A DNA stretch of 64,000 nt from positions 313,291-377,290 of the forward strand of contig CAWCVB010000005.1 of assembly GCA_963798915.1 (NCBI GenBank), given 5' to 3'. The position numbers and the translations under genes were made by a program. Of this stretch, positions 9,360 through 19,493 are shown piece after piece. The notes under the pieces were generated by a model that worked only from the letters and a program-made list of their open reading frames with translations, was not told the origin of the DNA and did not search any database. The first letter of the stretch is position 1. Every line of letters starts with the position of its first letter. Source of the DNA: an uncultured Gemmatimonadales bacterium (GTDB taxonomy: Bacteria; Gemmatimonadota; Gemmatimonadetes; Gemmatimonadales; GWC2-71-9).

Positions 9360-11493
9360 ATGACTGCATCAACCAGTGTCCAGGCCGCCGAGCCGAGCAG
9401 GCGTCCTCGGGGCGCTCCAGCAGGTCCGTCCGCCGGGGCCTCTTCGATCCGGCGATCACGCGCGGCGCCATGATCGCCGCGTTCCGGAAGCTTGGGCCCG
9501 CGGCATCAGATCCGGAACCCCGTGATGTTCGTCGTCTGGGTGGGCAGCGTGCTCACCACCGTGCTCTGGGTTGCGGCCGCTCGCGGGCTGGCGCCCTGGA
9601 TGAGTCGGCAGGCTTCATCCTTGCCGTGGCCGCTCTGGCTCTGGTTCACGCTGCTCTTCGCCAACTTCGCCGAGGCGATGGCCGAGGGGCGCGGCAAGGC
9701 GCAGGCCGATGCGCTGCGGCGCACCCGCACGGAGACGATGGCAAAGAAGCTCGCCGACGCCGCCGACCGCGAGCGGCGGTCGACGAGGTCCCGCGCCGGA
9801 GCTCCGCAAGGGCGACTTCGTGCTGGTCGAGGCGGGCGACGTGATTCCGTCGACGGCGAAGTGGTCGAGGGGTCGCGTCGGTCGACGAGAGCGCCATCAC
9901 CGGTGAGAGCGCCCCCGTCATCCGCGAGAGCGGCGGCGACCGAGCTCGGTGACGGGCGGCACCCGCGTGCTCTCCGACTGGCTCGTCGTGCGCATCACGC
10001 GGACCCCGGCGAGACCTTCCTCGACCGGATGATCGCCATGGTGGAGGGGGCCGCGCGGAAGAAGACGCCCAACGAGATCGCGCTCGACATCCTGCTCGCG
10101 GCGCTCACGATCGTCTTCCTGCTCGCGTGCGTCACGCTGGTGCCGTTCTCGATCTTCAGCATCCAGGCCGCCGGCCGCGGCGAGCCGATCACGCTCACGG
10201 TTCTGGTGGCGCTGCTGGTCTGCCTGATCCCGACTACCATCGGCGCGCTGCTGTCGGCCATCGGCATCGCCGGCATGGACCGGATGATCCAGGCCAACGT
10301 CATCGCCATGTCGGGCCGGGCCGTCGAGGCCGCGGGCGACGTGGACGTGCTGCTGCTCGACAAGACCGGCACGATCACGCTCGGGCAACCGACAGGCCCG
10401 CGCGTTCCTCCCGGCGCCCGGCGTGACCGAGGCGGCTCGCCGACGCGGCGCAGCTCGCCTCCCTGGCCGATGAGACGCCCGAGGGCCGCAGCATCGTGGT
10501 GCTGGCGAAAAGAGTTCGACATGCGGGGCCGGAACGTCCACGAGCTGAAATGCGCACCTTCGTTCCCTTCACGGCGCAGACCCGGATGAGCGGTGTCGAT
10601 CTCGACGGCAGGCAGATCCGCAAGGGTGCGGCTGACGCGGTCGAGCGCTACGTGCAGGAGCAGGGCGGGCGCCTTCCCCGCGAGGTGCGCGGCGGCGGTG
10701 GACGACATCGCACGCGACGGGGGCACGCCGCTCGTCGTCGCCGAGGGCGACCGCGTGCTCGGGGTGGTCCACCTCAAGGACATCGTGAAGGGCGGCATCA
10801 GCGAGCGCTTCGCCGAGCTGCGCGCGATGGGGATCAAGACGGTGATGATCACCGGCGACAACCCGCTCACCGCCGCCGCGATCGCGGCCGAGGCGGGGGT
10901 GGATGACTTCCTGGCCGAGGCCACGCCCGAAGCCAAGCTCGAGCTGATCCGGAAGTACCAGGCGGCGGGCCAGCTGGTCGCCATGACCGGGGACGGCACC
11001 AACGACGCGCCGGCCCTCGCGCAGGCCGACGTCGCTGTGGCCATGAACTCCGGGACCCAGGCGGCCAAGGAAGCCAGCAACATGGTCGACCTCGACTCGA
11101 ACCCGACCAAGCTCATCGAGATCGTCGAGATCGGGAAGCAGCTCCTCATGACGCGCGGGGCGCTGACGACGTTCAGCATCGCGAACGACGTCGCCAAGTA
11201 CTTCGCGATCATCCCGGCGGCGTTCGTCGGCATCTATCCGGCGCTGGCGTGCTCAACATCATGCGCCTGGCAACACCCGCGAGCGCCATCCTGTCGGCGG
11301 TGATCTTCAACGCGCTGATCATCGTCGTACTGATCCCGCTGGCGCTGCGGGCGTCCGGTACCGGCCCGCAGGCCGCGGCGCGCGCTGCTGCGGCGACAAC
11401 CTGCTCATCTACGGCGTGGGCGGGCTGGTGGCACGCCGTTCATCGGCATCAAGCTCATCGACCTGATCCTCGTGGCCCTGGGGGTCGACATGG
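9360..11493 (+). CDS. kdpB: K+-transporting ATPase subunit B (several frameshifts as sequenced; end approximate)
   Basis: [67 protein letters not shown]. Confidence 0.9.
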
Positions 11494-12127
11494 AAGGCGC
11501 ACGGCCAGGGCGGGCCCAGGCTGCGAGCGGCCGTCCCTCGCTGCTGGCTCGTTGTTCACCGTGCTGACCGGAGTGGTGTATCCGCTGGCGATGACCGGTC
11601 TCGCGCAGTTGTTCTTCCCGCGACAGGCCAACGGCAGCCTGATCGTCCGGCACGGGGAGGTCGTCGGCTCAGCGCTCATCGGACAGTCTTTCGACGCCCC
11701 GGACTACTTCTGGAGCCGGCCCTCGGCCACGCGCCGGCTATCCGTACAACGCGCGCCGGCTCCCGGGGCTCGAACCTGGGACCGACTGAGCCCGGCTGAT
11801 CGATGCGGCGCGTGAAGCGAGCGCCAGGCCTCCGGGCCGCCGATCCGGAGACGCGCCCGGTGCCCGTCGACCTCGTGACCGCTCCGGGCAGCGGGCTCGA
11901 TCCGCATATCTCGCCGGCTGCCGCGCGCTACCAGGTGGGCCGGGTGGCCGAAGACCCGCGGTCTCGATCCGGCCGCCGTTGAGGCGCTGGTGACGCGCGC
12001 CACTGAAGGACGGGCGTTCGGCGTGCTCGGCGAGACACGGGTCAATGTTCTGCTGCTCAACCTGGCGCTGGACTCCCCTCGGTCAGTCCGCCGCCCCTCC
12101 GGCGCGCGGAAGGCGGTCGCCGGATGA
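11490..12127 (+). CDS. kdpC: K+-transporting ATPase subunit C (frameshifted as sequenced; start approximate)
   Basis: [52 protein letters not shown]; stop at 12125-12127. Confidence 0.85.
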
Positions 12128-14831
12128 CGGGGAGACCGGCCGGACCCAGACGCGCTGCTCGCCCAGGTGCAGCGACGACCGGGGACCGGCGCGTCCGTGG
12201 CCGCCTGAAGGTCTTCTTCGGCGCGACCGCCGGCGTCGGGAAGACATACGCCATGCTGGAGGAGGCGCGGCGCCGCCGGCGTGAGGGCGTGGACGTCGTG
12301 GTAGGTGTTGTGGAAACCCACGGTCGGCGCGAAACGGAGGCGCTGCTGGATGGGCTCGAAGTCCTGCCACGGCGCATGCTCGAGCACCGGGGTGTCCGCT
12401 CTGGCGAGTTCGATCTCGACGGCGCGCTCGCCCGCGCGGCCGGGGCTCGCTCCTGGTCGACGAGCTCGCGCACACCAACGCGCCCGGGCTCGCGGCACGC
12501 AAAGCGGTGGCAGGATGTCGAGGAGCTGCTCGGGGCCGGGATCGACGTCTACAGCACGGTGAACGTCCAGCACGTTGAGAGCCTCAACGACGTGGTGGCC
12601 CGCATCACGATGTCCAGGTACGCGAAACGGTGCCCGACGCGGTGCTCGAACAGGCCGACGAAATCGAGCTGATCGACTTGCCACCCGAGGAACTGCTGCA
12701 GCGGCTGTCCGAGGGCAAGGTCTACATCCCGCACCAGGCGCAGCGGGCCACGGAACAACTTCTTCCGCAAGGGCAATCTCATCGCGCTGCGGCAGCTCGC
12801 GCTCCGCAAGGCCGCCGAGCGCGTCGACGACGCAGATGCAGACCTACCGCCGCGCGCTAGGCGTGGCAGAGATCTGGCCGGTGACGGAGCGGATCCTGGT
12901 GCGCGGTGGGACCGACGCCGGTGCGGCCACGGCTGGTGCGCGCCGCCAAGCGAATGGCGAACCGGCTTGGTGCCGAGTGGACGGCGCTGTTCATCGAGAC
13001 ACCCGACGCCACGCCATTGGGCGGACGCTAGACCGGGCGCGCGTCTGGGAGACGCTGCGCCTCGCGGACTCCCTTGGCGCCAACACCGTGACGATCACGG
13101 GTTCGGATGCCGGCCGGGAGGCTACTCAACTACGCTCGGACCCACAACGTCGGACGCAGTCGTCGTCGGCAAGCCAAGCCGGTCGCGCTGGCGCGAGCTG
13201 CTGTTCGGATCAAAGATCGACGGCGTCATCCGCCACAGTGGCGACATCGATGTCTACATCATCGCCGGCGCGCCGGAGGCGGTGCCGGCGCGCGGGTTGC
13301 GGCCGGTGGTGCCGGTCGAGCGGGCGCCGTGGACCGTCTACGCCCGTGTGGCCGTCATCGTGGCCGTGCTGACGGTGGTGGCGGTGATGATGCGGGAGTT
13401 CTTCTCGCCGGTGAATCTGGTCATGGTGTACCTCGTGGGCGTGCTCGTCATCGCCATGCGGTTCGGACGCGGGCCCTCGGTGCTCGCCGCGGTGCTGAGC
13501 GTTGCCGCGTTCGACTGGTTCACGGTTCCGCCCTACTATACGTTCGCCGTCACCGACACCAGTATCTCCTCACGTTCGTGGTCATGCTGGGCGTCGCGCT
13601 CGCGATCAGCGGGCTCGCCGTGCGGTTGCGCGAGCAGGTGCTGCGGTCACGCGCGAGGGAGCATCGCACGGCCGCCCTGTACGAAATGAGCCGGGAGCTG
13701 ATCGAGACGGCCGACCTCGACGAGGTCCTTGTGGCTGGAACGCGGCAGCTCAGGACTGTCTTTGGTCTTCGCCCCGTCATTCTGCTTCCCGGCGAGGAGA
13801 AGCGGCTGGTGCCATGGCCGGGGACGGCGGAGGAGCCCGCGCCCGTAGTGGGTCCACAGGAGCTCGGCGTTGCCCAGTGGGTGTACGACCATGGGGAGCG
13901 CGCGGGCGCTGGCACCGACACCCTGCCATCGGCGAATGGGCTCTACCTCCCGCTGTCGGCACCCGCCGGCACGGTGGGCGTGTTCGGGGCGCTGGACATT
14001 GATGCGGCGCGCTTTCGCGATCCGGAGCAGCTGCACCTGCTCGAGACCTTTCTCCATCGTGTGGCCGCGGGCGTCGAGCGGAGCCGACTGGCTGACGAGA
14101 CTCGGCGCGTTCGCGAACTCCAGGAGCTGGACCGGCTGAAGAGCGAGTTCGTGGCGACGGCGTCGCATGAGCTCAAGGCACCGCTCGCCAGCCTTGCGCT
14201 TACGGTCGGCCGCCTCCGGAGCGCGTCGCCCGGAGTCGGCAGCGAATGGATGGCGCAGCTTGACGCGGCCGAGGAGCAGGTCGTGCGACTGCGTCGGCTG
14301 GCTGACGATCTGCTCGACCTGGCTCGGCTCGAGGCCGGCCGCGTCGAGCTGCACATCCTGGCGGTCGATGCCGGGGCGCTCGTCCGTGAGCAGGTCGACC
14401 TGCTGCAACAAGTGGCGGCGGAGCGGGGCGTACGGCTCGGGCTCGATGTGCCGGACGGCCTCCCGGCGGTCGCTGCGGACCGTAACCGCCTCGGCCGAGT
14501 CATCGACAACCTGGTGCTGAACGCGCTTCGGCAGGTCGGGGTCGGAGGGCGCGTACTCGTGTCGGTGGACGCGTTCGGCCGCTTCGTGCAGGTTTCCGTC
14601 GCGGATGACGGGCCGGGAATCTCGATCGAGGATCAGGCGCGCATCTTCGACCGGTTCGTCCGACTCGGGCAGGCGGGGCCCGACGGCAGTGGCCTTGGCC
14701 TGCCGATCGCACGCGAGATCGTCCGGGCACACGGCGGCGCGATCTGGGTGGACTCCGGCCTGGGCCCGGGTAGCGTCTTCAGCTTCACAGTGCCGGTCGC
14801 GGCCGGCGACGGAAAGGATGCGGCGGAATGA
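12124..14831 (+). CDS. kdpD: Full-length KdpD sensor kinase (KdpD-Usp-DUF4118-GAF-HisKA-HATPase; several frameshifts as sequenced)
   Basis: GRLKVFFGATAGVGKTYAML, VVETHGRRET, KRWQDVEELL, VNVQHVESLND, AFDWFTVPPYYTF, AGAGTDTLP; H-box EFVATASHELKAPL. Confidence 0.88.
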
Positions 14832-15292
14832 GCAGGCCGGGGATACGACTGGCGGATTACTTCGATCTGGAGAACGTGCGACTCGATCTGGCCGCGACCA
14901 CGAAGCCGGAGGCTATCCGCGAGCTGCTGGCGAGCTTCGGGCTGCCACCCGAGAGCGAGGCTGCCACGCTCCGAACCATTCTGCGGCGGGAAGAGATGGG
15001 AAGCACCGGTATCGGCCGTGGAATTGCGGTGCCGCATGGGCGCACGCCTCTGGTCTCGACACTGCGGGTGGCGTTCGGGCGCTCGGTGGGCGGCATTCCC
15101 TACGAATCTGTCGACGCAGCGCCGGTGCATTACCTGTTCCTGCTGCTTGCGCCGCCGGTCGAGGTGTCGAATGAGTACCTGCCGGTACTGGGGCGCATCG
15201 CCGAACTGGCGAAGGACCCGGCAACCGGCGGGGAGCTCGCGGCAGTGGAGTCGGTCGAGGATCTGCTGGCGCTCTTCCAGGAGGGAGACTGA
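14828..15292 (+). CDS. PTS EIIA (fructose/mannitol/Ntr-type) domain protein
   Basis: REEMGSTGIGRGIAVPHGR with the phospho-His; ATGA overlap with the kdpD stop. Confidence 0.85.
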   Translation: MSRPGIRLADYFDLENVRLDLAATTKPEAIRELLASFGLPPESEAATLRTILRREEMGSTGIGRGIAVPHGRTPLVSTLRVAFGRSVGGIPYESVDAAPVHYLFLLLAPPVEVSNEYLPVLGRIAELAKDPATGGELAAVESVEDLLALFQEGD

Positions 15293-15295
15293 TCG

Positions 15296-15329
15296 CTCCG
15301 GCCGGCACGTAGGCCTTGATCTCATGCAT
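15296..15329 (-). pseudogene. N-terminal stub of a P-II family protein
   Basis: GGGAG RBS, then MHEIKAYV(R)PE, resembling P-II starts (MKEIKAYIR); cut off at the EIIA gene end. Confidence 0.45.
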
Positions 15330-15346
15330 GATGCTGCGCTCCCAGG

Positions 15347-16772
15347 CTAGATGTCCACCTCTGCCGGCACGGGTTCCGCAAAGTGGCTCGGCCGGAGTTT
15401 GGCTCAATCTCTCTGTCCCCGCCAGGCGCAGCCGCCGCGCAAGCTCCCTCTCCTTCCAGAGCGAATAGATGGCCGGGATCACCACCAGGGTGAGCAGCGT
15501 TGCGCTCACCATGCCTCCCACCATCGGGTCTGCGATGCGTTTCATGACATCCGCCCCGGTCCCTTCGCTCCAGAGAATCGGCGGGAGGCCGCCGATCACC
15601 GCCGTGACGGTCATGATCAAGGGACGTACCCGGAGCATCGCACCCTCGGTGACTGCCTGGGCCAGGTCCCCGCGCTCCGGCACCCGGCCGCTGGCCCAGC
15701 GCGACCGCCACGGCTGATCCAGTTGGACCAGCATGATGACGCCGGTTTCGGCCGCCACTCCCGCCAGCGCGATGAACCCGATCGCGACTGCCACGCTCAG
15801 GTTGTAATGCGGCGGCCACATGAGCCACATCCCGCCCACCAGCGCAAAGGGAAGCGAGAGCATCACGATCGCACTTTCGGCCACGCTGCCGAAATTGAGA
15901 TAGAGCAGCAGCAAGATGATGCCGATGGTGACGGGAACCACGACCCTGAGCGTGCGGTTGGCGCGCTGCATCGCCTCGTATTGGCCCGACCATTCCAGCC
16001 GGTATCCGGGAGGGAGCGCCAGTCTGGCCCCGAGCAGCTCCTTGGCCTCCGCGACGTAGCTGCCCACGTCGCGGCCTGCACATCGACGTATACCACATTG
16101 TTGAGGTAGCCATTCTCCGACTTGATCAGCGTCGGCCCGCGCACGACCGCAAGGTGCGCCAGCGTGCCGAGCGCCACCTGGGCTCCTGACGGCGTTGCGA
16201 CGAGGGTGTTCGCGATGACGTCGGGACTGTCACGGAGGTCACGAGGATAGCGGACCAGTACCGAGTAACCTTCCCGCCCACCGCTGTGCTGGCGGCCATC
16301 AGCAGGTCGCCGACCGGCATTCCATTACGCGCGGCAGCGGTCCGGTCCACCTTCACATCCGCGAAGCGACCGCTCATAGTCCGGCGAATTCCGACTTGGT
16401 TCCCGGGACGCCGGGCAGCAACGCCTCGATGTGCTTTCCGATCTGCTCCAGGGTGCCGAGATCCGGGCCGAAAACCTTGATGCCGATCGGCGTCTTGATT
16501 CCGGTGGTCAGCATGTCGAGCCGGTTCTTGATCGGCATCGACCACATGTTGGCGACTCCCGGCGTCTTCACCGTTGCAGTGGCGTCGCTCACGATCGAGT
16601 CGTAGGCTACTCCGGGGCGCCATTCGCGCTTGTCCTTCAGGATGGCAATGGTCTCAAGCACGGACATCGGTGCCATGTCGGTCGTCGTCTCGGCGCGCCC
16701 GATCTTGCCCAGCTCCATCTTGACTTCCAGGATTCGGGCCAGGGCCGCGTCCCGCTGCTGCAGCACCGCCCG
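15347..16772 (-). pseudogene. CusA/CzcA heavy-metal RND permease remnant (C-terminal half, internal deletions and frameshifts)
   Basis: GKIGRAETTTD, MPIKNRLDML.TGIKTPIGIKVFGPDL, EWSGQYE, GFIALAGVAAETG, RVRPLIMT, MVGGMVS; coordinates approximate. Confidence 0.85.
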
Positions 16773-16829
16773 CTGGCCGGTTTCATCAACGTGGAGTCGC
16801 TCGACATAGCCGCTGAAGCGCGGGGTTGA
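16773..16829 (-). pseudogene. Short fragment of a CusB-like RND periplasmic adaptor fused in frame to the cusA remnant
   Basis: TPRFSGYVERLHVDETGQ resembles the CusB-family barrel-sandwich segment. Confidence 0.55.
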
Positions 16830-17025
16830 CCTGTACGCCGGCCACATCGCTGGAAGCCGACTCGACCTACGCCCTGCACATGGGAACTGGACTGATGACT
16901 GCCGCCGGTGATACTGTGAGCATACGTGCCGGTCTCGGGATAGGCGGGCAGTGGCTCATGGGGGGCATGATGTTCACGTGCATGACGAGTTTGGTCGCGG
17001 TTCGCGCGGCGGCGCTGGCGCCCTG

Positions 17026-17563
17026 ATGGGCGCTCGTCCGGGAGTCGCGGCGCTGGTTGTCAGCTTGGTGTTTCTCGCGGGTGGGTGCTCAGACCCGCGG
17101 CAAGGCGGGCCGAGGAATGCAGCTGGCGACGGCGCGCCCGATACCCCGCCACCCCGGGGTATGCGGGGTATGATGTCCGGCCGGATGCCGATGATGGGGG
17201 GTGCACCTGCCGATACCGCCGCCGCCCCACAGGCGAGCGTTGCTCCCGCGCCCGCGGCGGCGGGCTGTCCAGCGACAGCGCAGCCGCTCGTGGAGCAGGG
17301 TCGGCGGATCTTCAGCGGCACGGGCAACTGCTTCGCCTGCCACGGACCGAGTGCCGCCGGTACGGTGGCGGCCCCCGACCTGACTGATACGCAATGGCTC
17401 GACATTGATGGAACCTACGCCTTGATTGTCGGGCTGGTCCGCGCCGGTGCCCCGGCACCCGCAACAATATCCGGGTCTCATGCCGCCGACGGGTGGAGCG
17501 CCGTTGAGCAATGAGCAGGTCTGCGCCGTTGCGGCGTACGTGTATTCGCTTCATTCCAGGTGA
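17026..17563 (+). CDS. Lipoprotein monoheme c-type cytochrome; one frameshift near 17460
   Basis: Lipobox LAGGC, Met-rich linker, NCFACHG heme motif, APDLTD; the C-terminus MPPTGGAPLSNEQVCAVAAYVYSL is in another frame. Confidence 0.75.
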
Positions 17564-17733
17564 CGCCGGCCCGGCCCGCTCGGGGCCGCGGCGTCTCATG
17601 CAGGCAGCCACGCTGCCCGGCGTGTCTCTCCGGCCCAGACACTGTTGGTTGGATTCCTCAGCATCGTGTGTCTTTTGGCAAGCATTGTAGCGCCTTGACG
17701 ACCGCCGCCCTCGCGTGACCACACTGAAGCCGC

Positions 17734-18276
17734 ATGGATACTGCATGTATTTACCATGCCGTGGCGCTGTCCAGCCGGGGCCTTCGCTTGAGCCATCTTA
17801 CGCTCGCCTACAACACCCTCGAAGGAACGCTTGCTCTCGGCGCGGGCGTTCTTGCCGGCAGTGTCGCGCTCGTCGGTTTCGGGGCCGACAGTCTTATCGA
17901 GGTGACGGCGAGCGGAGCGGCTGACGCTCCGCATCGTCGGTGGCTGCTTCCTGGCGCTCGCCTTCTGCGTGGCCTGGGATGCGGTGGGCGCGCGGCTCAG
18001 GCGGGAGGCGCCGAGTGAATCCATTCTGGGCATTGTGATAGCCGCCCTCTTCGATCATCGTCGCCGTACACAGCAGCGCACTCGAGGCCGAAGTCGAATC
18101 AGACATCGCTCTGTGCCTTCCTGTCGGTGATCCTCCTCGGCGGCTTGATTCTGAATGCAGTGCTCGGGTGGTGGTGGGCGGACCCCGTCGCTGCGCTGGT
18201 CATGACGCCGATCATCGCCGGCGAGGGGGCTGAGGGACTGCGCGGTGAGTCGTCGTGCGGAGATCAGTGTCACTGA
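17734..18276 (+). pseudogene. CDF-like cation transporter remnant with internal deletions
   Basis: LAYNTLEG, SVALVGFGADSLIE, LCAFLSVILLGGL, GWWWADPVAAL and a C-terminal SCGDQCH, in several frames with segments missing. Confidence 0.8.
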
Positions 18277-18329
18277 GGAGATGACCCTCGAAGGGCAGGG
18301 CTTGTCGTGACGACGCAGGTACCGGGACG

Positions 18330-18365
18330 AAAAAACGGCCAGCTTCGCATTCAAGCTGGCCGTTT
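18330..18365 (-). terminator. Rho-independent terminator of the tRNA operon
   Basis: Stem aaacggccagctt/aagctggccgttt followed on the minus strand by a T-run, just after tRNA-Pro. Confidence 0.8.
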
Positions 18366-18373
18366 GATATCCA

Positions 18374-18448
18374 TCGGGGCGCCCGGATTTGAACCGGGGA
18401 CCTCCTGCTCCCGAAGCAGGCGCGCTAACCGGGCTGCGCTACGCCCCG
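18374..18448 (-). tRNA. tRNA-Pro(CGG)
   Basis: Cloverleaf; anticodon arm cctgc TT CGG GA gcagg; GTTCAAATC T-loop. Confidence 0.95.
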
Positions 18449-18487
18449 TGTGGGCTGAAAGCTCCAGTCGAAAAGCACTAGTTTCGC

Positions 18488-18594
18488 TCAGCCTTCAGCC
18501 TTCAGCCTCAGCCTTCAGCCTTCAGCCTTCAGCCTTCAGCCTTCAGCCTTCAGCCTTCAGCCTTCAGCCTTCAGCCTTCAGCCTTCAGCCTTCA
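18488..18594 (+). repeat. Heptanucleotide microsatellite (TTCAGCC), about 15 units
   Basis: Counted directly; two units are 6-nt variants; one inverted unit GGCTGAA at 18453-18459. Confidence 0.95.
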
Positions 18595-18668
<74 letters not shown>

Positions 18669-18693
18669 TCGGCGGCGCAGAACACGCCAGCCA

Positions 18694-18767
18694 TGGGCGG
18701 TACAAGGCTCGAACTTGTGACCTCCACGATGTCAACGTGGCGCTCTAACCAACTGAGCTAACCGCCC
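18694..18767 (-). tRNA. tRNA-Val(GAC)
   Basis: Anticodon arm ccacg TT GAC AT cgtgg. Confidence 0.95.
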
Positions 18768-18771
18768 GAGG

Positions 18772-18888
18772 AGACGGACAGACGGCTAGACGGACGGACG
18801 GCTAGATGGAGAGTGGTCTGGTGACGGATGCCATTCCCTCACCGGAGGCCACCAACCGTCTAGCCGTCCAGCCGCCTAACCGTCTTCC
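18772..18888. repeat. Long imperfect palindrome with 8-mer repeat arms (AGACGGCT/AGACGGAC) and a central hairpin
   Basis: agacggac agacggct agacggac ggacggct ... aaccgtct agccgtcc agccgcct aaccgtct. Confidence 0.7.
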
Positions 18889-18893
18889 TGCCA

Positions 18894-18967
18894 TAGCGGG
18901 GGTGGGATTTGAACCCACGACCTCCGGGTTATGAGCCCGGCGAGCTACCAGACTGCTCCACCCCGCG
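18894..18967 (-). tRNA. Initiator tRNA-fMet(CAT)
   Basis: Anticodon CAT, three consecutive G-C pairs in the anticodon stem, unpaired position 1:72. Confidence 0.93.
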
Positions 18968-19055
18968 ACGCGACCCGTAACTTCAGGTCCATTCCCCGTG
19001 GCGGCCTTGGCCGCCACTAATCATTGGGTCAGGGCTTAAGCCCTGCCGCCGAGAC

Positions 19056-19073
19056 CTGCTCCACCCCGCGACG
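19056..19073 (-). repeat. 18-bp duplicate of the tRNA-fMet 5' end (matches 18953-18970)
   Basis: ctgctccaccccgcgacg is present at both positions, separated by 85 nt. Confidence 0.85.
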
Positions 19074-19106
19074 TTGTGACGCTTAGCGCTCAGCGCTGAG
19101 CGCTAG

Positions 19107-19179
19107 AGCGGGAAACGGGACTCGAACCCGCGACCCCAACCTTGGCAAGGTTGTGCTCTACCAACTGAGCTATTCCCGC
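19107..19179 (-). tRNA. tRNA-Gly(GCC)
   Basis: Anticodon arm caacc TT GCC AA ggttg. Confidence 0.95.
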
Positions 19180-19283
19180 GAGCGGACGACAATGCTAGCC
19201 AGCCGGTTCACGCAACGCAACGCCAGCCCCGCACCCGTCCTGTCCCACGCTGCCGCTCCCACGCTGCCGCGCGTCCCACCAAA

Positions 19284-19356
19284 TGGAGGCGAGGGGGATC
19301 GAACCCCTGACCTCGTGAATGCCATTCACGCGCTCTCCCAACTGAGCTACGCCCCC
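19284..19356 (-). tRNA. tRNA-Ala(GGC)
   Basis: Anticodon arm cgtga AT GGC AT tcacg; G3:U70 pair. Confidence 0.95.
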
Positions 19357-19408
19357 GTTATATTGTCGCGCCCCGAAGTGGCCGGGGACGCAGGCGCGGC
19401 AGCACGGC

Positions 19409-19438
19409 AAGTTATCCGAATTCACCCGGCCGCGTCAA
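19409..19438 (-). promoter_or_regulatory. Candidate sigma-70 promoter of the tRNA operon
   Basis: Minus strand TTGACG-N18-TAACTT upstream of tRNA-Ala. Confidence 0.35.
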
Positions 19439-19493
19439 GCGGCCACGGCCCGCGACGCCTCGCGGCCTCCGGTTTCCGCATTAGTTTGGATCA

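Noticed and set aside
7585..13600. Programmed ribosomal frameshifting in kdp genes
   Set aside because: Too many shifts at arbitrary sites without slippery motifs; sequencing error or decay explains them better
14913..15346. C-terminal extension of the cusA ORF through the EIIA gene
   Set aside because: Read-through from a damaged gene end; antisense to a real EIIA gene
18488..18594. Possible CRISPR array
   Set aside because: Contiguous 7-mer repeats with no unique spacers, and no cas genes nearby
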